A stretch of DNA of 63,435 bases, the filler included, from Octopus bimaculoides (lineage: Eukaryota), in the NCBI RefSeq assembly GCF_001194135.2. It is 4 parts of 4 records of this genome, joined end to end, with 100 filler letters (N's around TTAATTAATTAA, not from the genome) between each part and the next. Parts side by side here need not be neighbours in the genome. Positions count along the whole stretch, not along the records: positions 26,434 to 43,197 come from NC_068985.1; positions 43,298 to 62,082 come from NC_069005.1; 2 more parts are not named here. One strand, 5' to 3'. The notes beneath the pieces were generated by a model that had not been told where the DNA came from, did not search any database, and saw only the letters and a program-made list of their open reading frames with translations. Made by a program: the position numbers and the translations under genes. The first letter of the stretch is position 1; every line of letters begins with the position of its first letter. Positions 38,301 through 51,426 of this stretch are shown here, piece by piece.

Positions 38301-39330
38301 TTAGCTATGCTAAATGCTCGGTTCAAGAGTAGTAGCTATCTTCTAAGCGGCCAGTTTCGATCCCATTTTCAAGGGCTGATTGCAATGTACAGTGACATCT
38401 GTTCGCTGGCTAATGAGTAAATGGCCACCTATGAGAACCGTTCCGTATCATGTACTTTATTTGCCAAGATTGCTCACTCTCGTCTTTCCAGCGACAGTGC
38501 TGCGGAAACTAGAAATGTTGAAGGGTATCCCGCACGAACTAGGATGTGTAAGATATGCAAATGACGTTGCTATAATAGAGTCGACATCACTCTAAGAGAA
38601 TATGAGGGGATGACAGGAGCAATAAATTAAATTGAAAACATTGGGTCTGCAGCTCAGTACCAAGAGAGGTAGGTCCATGTTAGCTAACACTGGACGCTAG
38701 ACGAGCACTGGACCAAATCAGACCTGGAACAGCGGGGTCTGACTTGTTCCAGACCTCTAATTGGACGAGAACTGGGACGAGGTGACGAACAGATGGCCAG
38801 TCTTACTCAGAAATGTCATGCATTGAGGTTGCAACATCTCCAGATTTTCCTTGACGGTGAACAAGTGTAGTCCCTGTTCACCAGACGCACTTTTCTGAGG
38901 TTTATTTTATTTTGACAGATCAAATGTGGACCGAGATAGAGCACCAGGCACCTAGTCTGCCGTCGGGTAATATGATCAGTAGATGTTCCACCATGGCATT
39001 CTATAGAGGATTAGTGGTGTACAAAAGGCGACGCGACATTCTCTCGTGCAGCCAGTCATCACTCTCTGTAGTTGTTAACGGCCTTTCGCAGAGCTCCACA
39101 TCCCCATCCTAGAGCTAAAGCTGACAGTTGAGGTAGGCAATAAAGTCTGTTCCTGACTCTAAAATGCTATAGAAAGGCTGGAATAGAGTAGCGATCCATC
39201 GAACAACTTTTGCTTCCTCGTGCATTAATTAGAGCACGTGCCCAAGCTCTGACAATACAATCTTCTTGCTTAGCATTGAAGAATCGATCAAGGCCCAATC
39301 TTGCCCCAGCACGTTAGTCACGATGCCCTT
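35320..39330 (+). mobile_element. Decayed L1/Tx1-like LINE (ORF1 remnants, APE endonuclease, RT)
   Basis: GLSWKQGHLLNDL...DVVAITET (APE); RGKSSGLDRLP.E.Y...PELFGDLLADVY; RYANDVAII (YADD-like); many stops and frameshifts. Confidence 0.78.
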
Positions 39331-40329
39331 CCAAAGCACCTTTTCTAGATTACTAACTAAATTTTCTTCAGCTATAGAATTTTATATCACTATTTCCTTA
39401 TCACCATTTCCTTATCAACTCTAATAGCCTTTTACAAGGCTAACCACCATTACTTGTTGATGACTGTCCCCGTCAACTTCCGCTTCACCAGTTCACAAAT
39501 CTAAACCGCGCCGCAAGCAGATCTCCAAAATATCTAATGCCATTCTCTGCATATCAGGTTTTATGTCAGAGTGACCTTCTCCATGAGATATGCTTTAACA
39601 AAAACTAAGGATTGCCTCACTCTCAGTGGTCTTTCAGTACGCCAGACGCCAACCCGGAATTTTTGAGTGCCCTTCCTATTGGCAGACAGTCGTTGAACCT
39701 ACACTGAGTTCATCCATTCTTTTCACAAGTCATATTTTTATTCCTGCTGAGTTTCTACCAACCCTCCTTACCAGGCTAGCCCGGTGGGTGTGCTGGTTTA
39801 GTTGATGACTCGACAGTGCAACATGTCATGCTGGATTTTATGCTACCAGTGATGAGGGTAAGTGATCTGAGCAAGTGACCTGACACAAAATACAAAACAC
39901 ACACACACACANNNNNNNNNNNNNNNNNNNNNNNNNNNNNNNNNNNNNNNNNNNNNNNNNNNNNNNNNNNNNNNNNNNNNNNNNNNNNNNNNNNNNNNNN
40001 NNNNNNNNNNNNNNNNNNNNNNNNNNNNNNNNNNNNNNNNNNNNNNNNNNNNNNNNNNNNNNNNNNNNNNNNNNNNNNNNNNNNNNNNNNNNNNNNNNNN
40101 NNNNNNNNNNNNNNNNNNNNNNNNNNNNNNNNNNNNNNNNNNNNNNNNNNNNNNNNNNNNNNNNNNNNNNNNNNNNNNNNNNNNNNNNNNNNNNNNNNNN
40201 NNNNNNNNNNNNNNNNNNNNNNNNNNNNNNNNNNNNNNNNNNNNNNNNNNNNNNNNNNNNNNNNNNNNNNNNNNNNNNNNNNNNNNNNNNNNNNNNNNNN
40301 NNNNNNNNNNNNNNNNNNNNNNNNNNNNN

Positions 40330-40900
40330 TCTTTAATCATTTCACAACTGGAGAAGATTGGAAGAAGCCCTTTCTGCAATATGGACATATATTTATTTGT
40401 GTCAATGTTTCCCCCACACTCCGCCAGCTCTAAATGATCATTGCTCCAAATTTCTCCCCTGACCATCACAGAATAGCTGCCGTGTTTCATTGTTGACTGA
40501 AATCTTTTCACGTCAAATTCTTGACCACAGAGTCTCCAGACCCACACTCGGCCACTGTCAGAAAATACAGCAAATCTGGACTCATTGGAGAATATGACAG
40601 TGTCCCAAAATGCTAGTGGCCTCATCACCATCTCACTGGCCCAATCTTTTCTCTGCTTGATATTGACTGGTCAAAGAAGTGACATCCTTCTTGTTGCTCT
40701 GCCATAGTAACCAAGTTTGTGGAGATACTTGACAGCTGTTCTGGGACTGACATCAACGTGTTCTGCTATGTCAGAGGCCTTGCAACGAGGATTATCCTCC
40801 ACACTTCTCTTAACAAAGAGAAGGGTCCTGTCAGAGAGCCCTGGTCAACCTGGGTGAGGTGATGTGGACTCCATCGCCTCTCTGATGAATTGCACAATCT
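40330..40900 (-). pseudogene. Tc1-family transposase fragment
   Basis: FWDTVIFSNESRF...GRVWVWR...STMKHG..SVMVRG...GNIDTNKYMSILQKGLLP. Confidence 0.85.
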
Positions 40901-41290
40901 ATTAACTGTAGAAAGTGAGATCCCAAGATTTTCTGCGATTTTACGCTGACTTCAGATTGGCCCACAATATGGCCTTTTTAAAATTGACTGTGGTGTCTAT
41001 TTACTTCTGTCATGCCTGCGTATACGTAATGATTTCGCTTGGGCATCGCAATGCATATAACCTGTTGGGCATTAAATGTCGAAATAGCTTTAAACTCGTA
41101 ATAACAATTTACTCGACTGGCAGTGAATTCTGTACTGAAAGGCTTTTAGTCATTTATGTAGTATTTTTATATACGCCCAATATTATTCATAAATCTGTCT
41201 GTTTGTCTGTCTGTCTATATATATACACATAATTGTTTGTGGAGATATACATATGCATAATATGCATCTCTATCTCTCTCTCTCTCTCTC

Positions 41291-41326
<36 letters not shown>

Positions 41327-42279
41327 CTAATTGTTACTAGGGTGCAAGACAGTACTGGCATTGCTAGAAATATGAGTCAAAGAACTCTTAGCCACGAACA
41401 AAGCACAGTTTCAATTCACTGACAAGGCACACAACCTCTCATAGCAAGTGAGGGCGCCATATGAACCGGTCGATTTCGGAAAGAATTAATCCTCATCGGT
41501 GACGCTACTCCATTGCAGATGGGTAAGCCGAGATCCTAGAAACTGTTCTCTGTTTGATGGTAAGAGTTCTTTTACTCTTATTTCTAGCAATACAGGTGCA
41601 AACTTGCACCCTAGTCACTTCAGTGATTTTGTCTTTTAGTTCTAATTTGCGTTTAGCCACCTTAATAATTANNNNNNNNNNNNNNNNNNNNNNNNNNNNN
41701 NNNNNNNNNNNNNNNNNNNNNNNNNNNNNNNNNNNNNNNNNNNNNNNNNNNNNNNNNNNNNNNNNNNNNNNNNNNNNNNNNNNNNNNNNNNNNNNNNNNN
41801 NNNNNNNNNNNAGTGTGTAAAAAAATTCATAAGGGAAATTTCTATTCCCAAGAATATAATTATTCGTTTATATTTATATAAGGGCATTACTACAGAATAA
41901 TGCCAATGCTCTTATATAAATTTTATTTGACAAATTCGAGAAAGGAATAATAATGAAGAAATAAAGGAAATAATGAAGGGAATGAGGAAGAAATAAAGGA
42001 ATAATAATAAAGAAATAAAAAGATTTTTTTCCCAAAATCCTGAAGACTTTTTTTTTCAGTATATATATAAGCCTGTTTCTAACCTTTTCTTATTATTATC
42101 AGAGAATGTATATATGTATTTTAATACTTTTGTGACAACCTGTAATTAACACTACAAAGCTTATATAAAGCTTTATATTTTACTTTTGACAATCTTTTTT
42201 CTAAAAATGTGAAACCGGTTAAGTGAATAAACATCTTTAAAATTGCATTTTCAAACCTTCTTTCATATATATATATAGG

Positions 42280-42640
42280 CTGCATGGTTCCGGGTTCAGT
42301 CCCATTGGAGACACCTTGAGCAAGTGTCTTCTACTATAGCTTCGGGCCAACAAAAGCTTTGTGAGTGGATTTGGTAGGCAGAAACTGAAAGAAGTCCGTC
42401 GTATATATGTATATGTATATATCTATGTGTGCCTTTGTGTCTGTGTTTGTCCTCCAACTACGGCTTGCCAGTCGGTGTTGGTGTGTTTACGTCGCCGTAA
42501 CTTAGCGGGATCGGTAGAATAAATACCAGGCTTTTAAAAAATAACTCCTGAGGTCGATTTCTTCGACTAAAACTCTTGAGGGTGTTACCCCAGTATGGCC
42601 ACAGTCAAATGACTGGAACAAGTAAAAGAATAAAAGATAT
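42280..42640 (+). mobile_element. SINE family A; reversed 3' part of another copy at ~42915-43140
   Basis: Family A consensus match within the window. Confidence 0.8.
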
Positions 42641-43197
42641 AACACCACGATGCCTGGTCTTTGAACATTCAGATTTCAGTTTACCTGGAAAGAAACAGTA
42701 CGGTTTTTAATAAGAAGATTTGAAATTAATGCATGCAAAATTTCACAGCTCTAGTATCACTTATTTATAGTGATTCTATGAACGTTTCAGCCCATCCCCG
42801 TTCATACATACATACATACATACATACATACATACATACATACATACATACATACATACATACATACATACATACATACACACATACACACACACATACA
42901 CACGCACATATAGTCTTTTATTCTTTTACTTGTTTCATTCATTTGACTGCGACCATGCTGGAGCACGACCTTAACGGGTTTTAGTCGAAGAAATTGTCCC
43001 CAGGACTTATTCTTTGTAAGCCTAGTATTTATTCTATCGGTCTCATTTGCCGAACTGCTAAGTTACTGGGACGTAAACACACCAACATTGGTTGTCAAGT
43101 GATGGTGGTGGTGGTGGTGGTGGGACAAACACAGACACAAAGACTCACAAATAAATATATACATGCATATGTGTGTGTGTGTGCATATATATATATA

Positions 43198-43297
43198 NNN
43201 NNNNNNNNNNNNNNNNNNNNNNNNNNNNNNNNNNNNNNNNNTTAATTAATTAANNNNNNNNNNNNNNNNNNNNNNNNNNNNNNNNNNNNNNNNNNNN
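43198..43297. other. Artificial 100-bp scaffold spacer
   Basis: 44 N + TTAATTAATTAA (43242-43253) + 44 N. Confidence 0.92.
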
Positions 43298-43759
43298 TGT
43301 GTGTGTGTGTGTATGTATGTATGTATACACACAAAGTGAGAAAAGTGAGAGTTAAGTAAATATAGTAAAGCCTTTTTTTATTTATTAGGACATATAATAA
43401 TAATCCTTCCTACTGTAGGCACAAGGCCTGAAATTTAGCGGGGAGGGCACTAGTCGATTACATCGACTCCAGTCTTTCACTGGTACTTAATTTATCTACC
43501 CCGAAAGGATGAAAGGTAAAGTCGACCTCAGCAGTATTTGAACTCAGAATGTGCAAAATGCAACTAAGCATTTTTCCTGGCATGCTAATGATTCTGCCAG
43601 CTCACCACCTTAATAATAATAATGTTGATGATGATGATTTCTTTATTAGCCACAAGGGTTTACATTAAGAAAAACATTATGGATAGTACAGGACAAAACA
43701 AAGAATGTGTGTGTGTTGTGAGAGTTTTGAGTGTAAACAAGACTAACAAAATAGTAATA

Positions 43760-43796
<37 letters not shown>

Positions 43797-44073
43797 TGAG
43801 CATGTCCCTTGGTGGCTGACGATATGTGCATCTCTGATCATGAGCGGAAGTAGTGGGGGAGCATCATAGCCATGTGTTGAGAGGAGTTCTTTGGGGTTTG
43901 GATAATTCACCTTTGGAAACATGGGTGTTTTGCTCAACATCCTTAAACAAACCTTATTCGAGGACCTTTTGAGCGGGATGGGCTACTCGATCTGAAGAAA
44001 ACTCTAACCTGTGAGAGCTATCTAAACATTGTATCTCATTCTCTCCCTTTTTGTTTTTCTCTTTCCTTTGCAG

Positions 44074-44156
44074 TATGCACTTGCGTTGTACATAAACGGT
44101 GTCACGAACAAGTTGTAACAAAATGTCCGGGGTCACGGGAAGCTGCTTCTGAAGAG
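44074..44156 (+). CDS. PRKCE: Novel PKC (epsilon/eta-like), end of C1A: [28 protein letters not shown]
   Basis: [12 protein letters not shown]...TKC is characteristic of nPKC epsilon/eta; tttgcAG acceptor, GAG|GTTTGT donor. Confidence 0.9.
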
Positions 44157-44689
44157 GTTTGTAACTGTTTCTTATTGTTCTGGCATGTGTTATCCCTTTG
44201 AAGACTTTTTTCCCCTTTTTTGTGTGTCTTCATTTGGAGAAGAGGACTTGTTTCCATGGTTTTTTTTTTTCAGTAACTTAACCCTTTCAATACCAGCCCA
44301 CCTTACACTGATCTTCGTTCTATTAGACGAGTTTCCTCTTTTAAAATTATCTAAATTAAAGCTGCCAGTCAAAATATTTCTGGTTAATTGGCTTTCTGAA
44401 GACCAGGTTAATAATGGCAAAGTTAATTTACGAAATTCTTCATTATTTTTAAAATCTTCTACTATAGCTTTGGGCCAACCAAAGCCTTGTGAGTGGATAT
44501 GGTAGACAGAAACTGAAAGAAGCCCGTCATACATATATATGTGTGTGTTTGTGTTTGTCCCCCTTCCACTATTGCTTGACAACTGATGTTTGATTTGTTT
44601 ACATCCCTGTAACTCAGCAGTTCAGCAAAAGAGACCGATAGAATAAGTACTAGGCTTACAAAGAATAAGTCCTGGGTCGTTTTGTTCTT

Positions 44690-45012
44690 TTTTCTCTCTC
44701 TGTCTCTCCCTCTCTTCCTTTTTCTCTCTCTTTCTCTCTATTCCTCTCTTCCTTCCTTTCTCTCTCTCTCTCTCTCTCTTCTGCCTCTAGTTCCCCCTCT
44801 CTTTCTCTCTGTCTCTGTCTCTCTTCTACCTCTAGTTCCTCTCTCTCTCTCTCTCTTTTCCTTCCTTTCTCTCTCGCTCTCTCTTCTGCCTCTAGTTCCT
44901 CTCTCTCTCTCTTCCTTCCTTTCTCTCCCTCTCTCTCTTCTGCCTCTAGTTCCCTCTCTCTTTCTCTCCCTCTCTGTGCCTCTCTTCTACCTCTAGTTCC
45001 TCTCTCTCTCTC
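44690..45012. repeat. (CT)n-embedded minisatellite with five CTTCT(G/A)CCTCTAGTTCC cores
   Basis: Cores at ~44781, 44826, 44886, 44940, 44987. Confidence 0.85.
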
Positions 45013-45036
45013 ATTCACCATTTACTTATTTTTCAG

Positions 45037-45175
45037 CCACTTCAGGTGAGTGGTGCCAGATTCAATATCAATGTTCCACACCGTTTCACTGTCCATAACT
45101 ACAAGAGGCCCACGTTCTGTGACCATTGTGGATCGTTGCTCTATGGAATATTTAGACAGGGCTTGCAATGTGCCG
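45037..45175 (+). CDS. PRKCE: nPKC C1B first half: [46 protein letters not shown]
   Basis: Canonical C1 H-x12-C-x2-C pattern; phase 0 to 1; G|GTGAGT donor; alternative in-frame acceptor at 45046. Confidence 0.93.
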
Positions 45176-45290
45176 GTGAGTACCACTTTTATTCATTCTC
45201 ATATTCTGCACACTCTCTCTCTCTCTTTCTGTCTTATTCTCTCTCTCTCTTTCTGTCTTATTCTCTCTCCGTCTTATTCTCTCTCTGTCT

Positions 45291-45327
<37 letters not shown>

Positions 45328-45498
45328 ATATTTGTTATTATACATGCCTTATGGACATTTTAATGGATTTTCAGATAACTGGAATGGTAACATGAAAAAA
45401 GCTTCCCATTTTTCAATTTTCCAGATAAGATCTGTAGAAGTGCTTCATGGGTAAACTCCACAGTTATACACCCCATTTCATTTACATGTGTGCGTGTG

Positions 45499-45540
<42 letters not shown>

Positions 45541-45700
45541 ACATCTCCACATATACACACACACTCTTGCATACCCTAGTTCAGCCAGGTCACCGTTATT
45601 ATCTCCCTTTCACTCAGCCTCTTTCTTCCAGCCATGTCATCATGTTGAACCATTAATCCCTACACAGTTTTTTTCTCTTTCCATGTTTTTCATCCCAATG

Positions 45701-45737
45701 CTTTCTGTTGAAGAGCGTACGCTCGAAATGTCAACGA
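45701..45737 (+). ncRNA. Variant hammerhead-like motif (CUGUUGA core)
   Basis: CTTT-CTGTTGA-A-GAGC(GTAC)GCTC-GAAA-TG-TC-AACG. Confidence 0.35.
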
Positions 45738-46292
45738 CTCTTCCATTCTTTCCGAGTGTGTGTGTGTGTGTGTGTGTTTATACATATATAAATAAATTTT
45801 ATAAGGAATATTCTAAAAGAATATGTTACTGAACTTATATTAAGTGCTCTATTATTTTGAGCAAATAAATATATATATATGTGTTTTTATATCATTAATA
45901 TATTTATAAAATTATCAATAATATTCACAGGAAATCAATATTCAAATTTCGAAAGATATATGTTTAATATGACACGGTAATATTTTGAATTATAATTAAA
46001 TTAAAATTTAAGATGTACGAAATATAAATATAAATATATATAAAGAATATAAATGTACATNNNNNNNNNNNNNNNNNNNNNNNNNNNNNNNNNNNNNNNN
46101 NNNNNNNNNNNNNNNNNNNNNNNNNNNNNNNNNNNNNNNNNNNNNNNNNNNNNNNNNNNNNNNNNNNNNNNNNNNNNNNNNNNNNNNNNNNNNNNNNNNN
46201 NNNNNNNNNNNNNNNNNNNNNNNNNNNNNNNNNNNNNNNNNNNNNNNNNNNNNNNNNNNNNNNNNNNNNNNNNNNNNNNNNNNNNNNNNNNN

Positions 46293-46323
<31 letters not shown>

Positions 46324-46704
46324 GTGTGTGTGTGTGTGTTACTTGGTGACCTCAGTGGTGCTGTTGCCATGTAAAAAAACTCCGTCTGTAAAGTGGTTGG
46401 CGTTAGGAAGGACATCCAGCTGTAGAAACTGTGTGCCACATGTCAGATGTCAAAGTGATTGCAGAGCAATGAGAAATGAAGTGTTTGTGTTCAGGAACAC
46501 AATACAGCACCCAGTTCAGGAATTGAAACCACGGTACAATATATAACACACTATATTCTTTTTCTAAACAAATTGTGATTGAGGTAAGGCAGCGTGTTTT
46601 GTTGGTGTTATTTTGTAGGTTTTTTGCGTGTGCGTTACAGATTTTCTGTTTTAAGAGAAGTTTTATCATAATTTTCTTGTGTCTTACTTTCTGTCGACTT
46701 TCAG

Positions 46705-46835
46705 CCTGTAAGTTGAATGCCCACAAGCGGTGCCAGAAAAATGTACCAAACAACTGTGGAATTAACACTCGGGAGATGGCACAGGCTCTTTCACAGATGG
46801 GCATTTCCGGTGACAAATTGAACAAGACGAAAAAG
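46705..46835 (+). CDS. PRKCE: nPKC C1B second half: [44 protein letters not shown]
   Basis: C...HKRC...V..NCG; phase 1 to 0; AAG|GTAATA donor. Confidence 0.93.
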
Positions 46836-46944
46836 GTAATACTAAATATTCTGTTTGATACCTGAATTCCATTAAGAAAGTATTTATAAATATATGAGTA
46901 TGCTGTTTAATACTTGAAACACATCCTGCTTGAGATATATATAC

Positions 46945-47250
46945 TCGTGCCAGATGGCACGTGTAAAGACATTCGAGCGAGATTGTTGCCAGTGCCACCA
47001 GACTGGCTCCTGTGCAGGTGGCACGTAAAATACACCATTTCAAGCGTGGCCATTGCCAGTACCTCCTGACTGGCCTTTGTGCCGGTGGCACGTAAAAGCA
47101 CCTACTACACTCTCGGAGTGGTTGGCGTTAGGAAGGGCATCCAGCTGTAGAAACTCTGCCAAATCAGATTGGAGCCTGGTGTCGCCATCTGGTTTCACCA
47201 GTCCTCAGTCAAATCGTCCAACCCATGCTAGCATGGAAAGCGGACGTTAT
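46945..47250 (+). mobile_element. RTE-type 3' tail repeat with ~60-bp internal units (also ~53170-53400, ~46330-46430, ~5270-5350; reversed ~52225-52370, ~55900-56010)
   Basis: ggtggcacgtaaaa units; ggcgttaggaagggcatccagctgtagaaac...ccatgctagcatggaaagcggacgtta, with (GAT)n tails on other copies. Confidence 0.75.
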
Positions 47251-47369
47251 ATGACAAGGATGGAGTAGGGGATCCATCAAACCCATCTAAACACCGAAAC
47301 ACATAAAAGCAAAACGTTAATTAATGTTTCCTTTTTAACGATCATCTGTTTGTTTTTGTTATTTTGCAG

Positions 47370-47448
47370 GTTTCCATAAGTGAATCGCCCAGCAAAGAGG
47401 CTCGGGGACATGAGCGTTCAAGATCTTCTCACATACCAATGATTCCTG
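47370..47448 (+). CDS. PRKCE: nPKC V3 hinge exon VSISESPSKEARGHERSRSSHIPMIP
   Basis: ttattttgcAG acceptor, G|GTATGT donor, phase 0 to 1, open frame. Confidence 0.75.
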
Positions 47449-48056
47449 GTATGTACATCTCTTACCGTTACAGCTTTACCACTACATTTAATAACACTAA
47501 TACTACTACTTGTACCACACTAACTATTAACGCTAACACCACTACATATACTACATTAAATATTGATATTAATACTATGACATATACCACGCTAATTATT
47601 ACTACTAATACTACTACATAAGTTTTACTAACTGTTAATACTAATTGTACTACATATACACTCACTCTTAACAGTAATACTAACTAGAAATACTAATACT
47701 GCAGAATACCATCGCCTATGTTTCTGTCTTTCTTCCTTTCTTTGTGACCTCTTTCCTTTTCTTTCTTTCACACTTTCTTCCTTCCTTCATACCTTCCTTC
47801 CTTCTTGCTATACGATGTACTGAGATGTAGCTAATAATAGTGTCTCTGTGTGTGAATCTCTCTCTCTCTCTCTGCTCCTCACACACACACACACACACTC
47901 GCATACATACATGCACACACACTGGGGGATAAACAGAGCATGACTGTTTTATGTCACAGTTGAAGGTCTCCCTCCAATACTGACCAACTGCGGAAGTGTT
48001 GTTGTTTCTGCTACTACTAGTACAAATAAATAATAATAATAATAATAATAGTAGTA

Positions 48057-48092
<36 letters not shown>

Positions 48093-48899
48093 GTAATCGT
48101 TTCAACTAAAGGCACAGGGCCTGAAATTTTGGAGGCGGAGGTTAGTCCATTACAGTGACTCCTCTCTACTTAACTCAAAATATTACAAATTTAACAGAAT
48201 TTTAGTTCTCGGATATCCATACGTTATATATCATTCCTAATCATAGATGACACCCATAGTAAAATATTCCAACTTGCTATTACAGGAAGTCTCCAGGTGA
48301 TACTTGGAACAGCTTCTGTAAAACAAAACAACAACATCAATAATATTGATAATAATAATAATAATAATAATAATGATTTCTTTGTTAACCACAAGGGTTT
48401 ACATTAAGAAAAATATTATGGACGTTACAGGGCAAAACAAAGAATGTATATATATGAGGGTGTGTTGTGAGGATTTTGCATGTAAGCAAGACTAATGAAA
48501 TTTTAAAAATCAACGATATGTGATCCTCAACAGGGAGGAGATGTTCGAGGGCTGCTCATAATAATTTTTAAAAATGGGCTACAGCAAATAAAAAGATGGA
48601 CTACATCAAATATTCTGCTCCATACCACAGATTTGCTTGTCAGTTGTTTGACCTTAACCAGTTGAGCATGTCCCTTGGTGACTGATGATATGTGCATCTC
48701 TGGTCATGAGCAGGAATAGTGAGGGAGCATCATAGCCATGTGTTGAGAGGAATTCTTTGGGGTTTGGATAATTCACCTCTGGAAATATTGGTATTTCGTT
48801 CATCATCCTTAAACAAACCTTATTCAGGGACCTTTTGAGCAGGAAGGGCTACTCAACCTGAAGAAAATCCTAACTGGGCCCCACCTGTGAGGTCATGTG

Positions 48900-49399
48900 C
48901 CCCATAAAACTACAGAGGCCATGACCACTAGGGCAAGTGCCCTCTCACATCATCTAAAGGTACATGTTTAGGGTAGGCCCATTCACACAGACCATTATAG
49001 CTACATTCACCCACCTTTCAACAAAATTGTTAAGGGGCAGCACTTCTCTGTCTACCTTCACTTACCGTTGCAAGTGAAACTTGAAAAAGTCGTTGAGGGC
49101 TTGGCCAATGAAGAAAGTATCTGTCTTCAGTTCTCACACAACATCTTTCACTCAGGACCAGACAAAGGAATATTACCTGCCCTTCCTGGTCAAAGGAAGA
49201 CAGGTGGGGCAGTCTTCACAATGGACTCAGCTGATAGCCAGATCCGTTCTACAAGCGACGGCAGGCGCTTGACGTAAGCCCACAAGTCAACAATGCTCAG
49301 GCCCTGGATGGGAGCATGCAGAACAGTTTCGTCACTCTGCAAGCATTTTCGATCAAGTAAGCCCAGCTGACAGCCTTTCCATACCTGTAAGAGTTTACC
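48900..49399 (-). mobile_element. L1/Tx1-like LINE 3' fragment
   Basis: KCLQSDETVLHAPIQ (decayed C-terminal Zn knuckle)...LWAYVKRL...RIWLSAESIVK. Confidence 0.6.
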
Positions 49400-50852
49400 N
49401 NNNNNNNNNNNNNNNNNNNNNNNNNNNNNNNNNNNNNNNNNNNNNNNNNNNNNNNNNNNNNNNNNNNNNNNNNNNNNNNNNNNNNNNNNNNNNNNNNNNN
49501 NNNNNNNNNNNNNNNNNNNNNNNNNNNNNNNNNNNNNNNNNNNNNNNNNNNNNNNNNNNNNNNNNNNNNNNNNNNNNNNNNNNNNNNNNNNNNNNNNNNN
49601 NNNNNNNNNNNNNNNNNNNNNNNNNNNNNNNNNNNNNNNNNNNNNNNNNNNNNNNNNNNNNNNNNNNNNNNNNNNNNNNNNNNNNNNNNNNNNNNNNNNN
49701 NNNNNNNNNNNNNNNNNNNNNNNNNNNNNNNNNNNNNNNNNNNNNNNNNNNNNNNNNNNNNNNNNNNNNNNNNNNNNNNNNNNNNNNNNNNNNNNNNNNN
49801 NNNNNNNNNNNNNNNNNNNNNNNNNNNNNNNNNNNNNNNNNNNNNNNNNNNNNNNNNNNNNNNNNNNNNNNNNNNNNNNNNNNNNNNNNNNNNNNNNNNN
49901 NNNNNNNNNNNNNNNNNNNNNNNNNNNNNNNNNNNNNNNNNNNNNNNNNNNNNNNNNNNNNNNNNNNNNNNNNNNNNNNNNNNNNNNNNNNNNNNNNNNN
50001 NNNNNNNNNNNNNNNNNNNNNNNNNNNNNNNNNNNNNNNNNNNNNNNNNNNNNNNNNNNNNNNNNNNNNNNNNNNNNNNNNNNNNNNNNNNNNNNNNNNN
50101 NNNNNNNNNNNNNNNNNNNNNNNNNNNNNNNNNNNNNNNNNNNNNNNNNNNNNNNNNNNNNNNNNNNNNNNNNNNNNNNNNNNNNNNNNNNTACACACAT
50201 ATATATATATATATGTATTTATACACACTCACGGATATATATATATATATACACACACATATATATACACACATATATATATGTATTTATACACACTCAT
50301 GGATATATATATATTCACACATATATATATATATACACATATATACATATATGTATTTATACACACTCACGGATATATATATATATATACACATATATAT
50401 ATATGCACTCACACACATACATACAGTTATTCTTAAACAAAAGTATGAATGCATGAGCATGTATGGGTGTATATGAGTATGCATGCATGTATGTATGTAT
50501 ATTTGTGTGTATGTGTGTGTATGTAGATAGATAGATATGTACGTATGTCTATATATGAATACACACATGTGTGCATGTTCGTTTGTGTGTGTGTATACAC
50601 ATGCATATGCATATACATATCTCTGACTTGAAAGTGCCAATGATATGCTCCCTGGGTTTGAATGATAGACCCCTTATTTTGATAGAACAATTTCATCACT
50701 TTGGTTCATTGTGTGGTGCCATGTTTTTCCATAATTAATTTCAAGGATCTGGTCCATAAAATCCCCAAAAAAGAAAAGAAAAATATCTAAAACTAAAAGA
50801 ATTATCAAAAATTGAAATCCCTCGGTGACTTTATATATATATATACACACAC

Positions 50853-50907
<55 letters not shown>

Positions 50908-51388
50908 TTTCAAAAGTAAATAGACACCATCAGTTTCTGAAACTTTGATTTCTAGAAACAAAACGGTGTCATTTGATACATTTAAANNNNNNNNNNNNNN
51001 NNNNNNNNNNNNNNNNNNNNNNNNNNNNNNNNNNNNNNNNNNNNNNNNNNNNNNNNNNNNNNNNNNNNNNNNNNNNNNNNNNNNNNNNNNNNNNNNNNNN
51101 NNNNNNNNNNNNNNNNNNNNNNNNNNNNNNNNNNNNNNNNNNNNNNNNNNNNNNNNNNNNNNNNNNNNNNNNNNNNNNNNNNNNNNNNNNNNNNNNNNNN
51201 NNNNNNNNNNNNNNNNNNNNNNNNNNNNNNNNNNNNNNNNNNNNNNNNNNNNNNNNNNNNNNNNNNNNNNNNNNNNNNNNNNNNNNNNNNNNNNNNNNNN
51301 NNNNNNNNNNNNNNNNNNNNNNNNNNNNNNNNNNNNNNNNNNNNNNNNNNNNNNNNNNNNNNNNNNNNNNNNNNNNNNNNNNNNNNNN

Positions 51389-51426
<38 letters not shown>

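Noticed and set aside
41380-41530. Possible upstream PKC exon ending at G|GTAAGC
   Set aside because: No frame gives C2 or C1A-like sequence
44656-45021. Glu/Arg-rich coiled-coil-like ORF ([10 protein letters not shown])
   Set aside because: Antisense translation of the CT-rich intronic minisatellite
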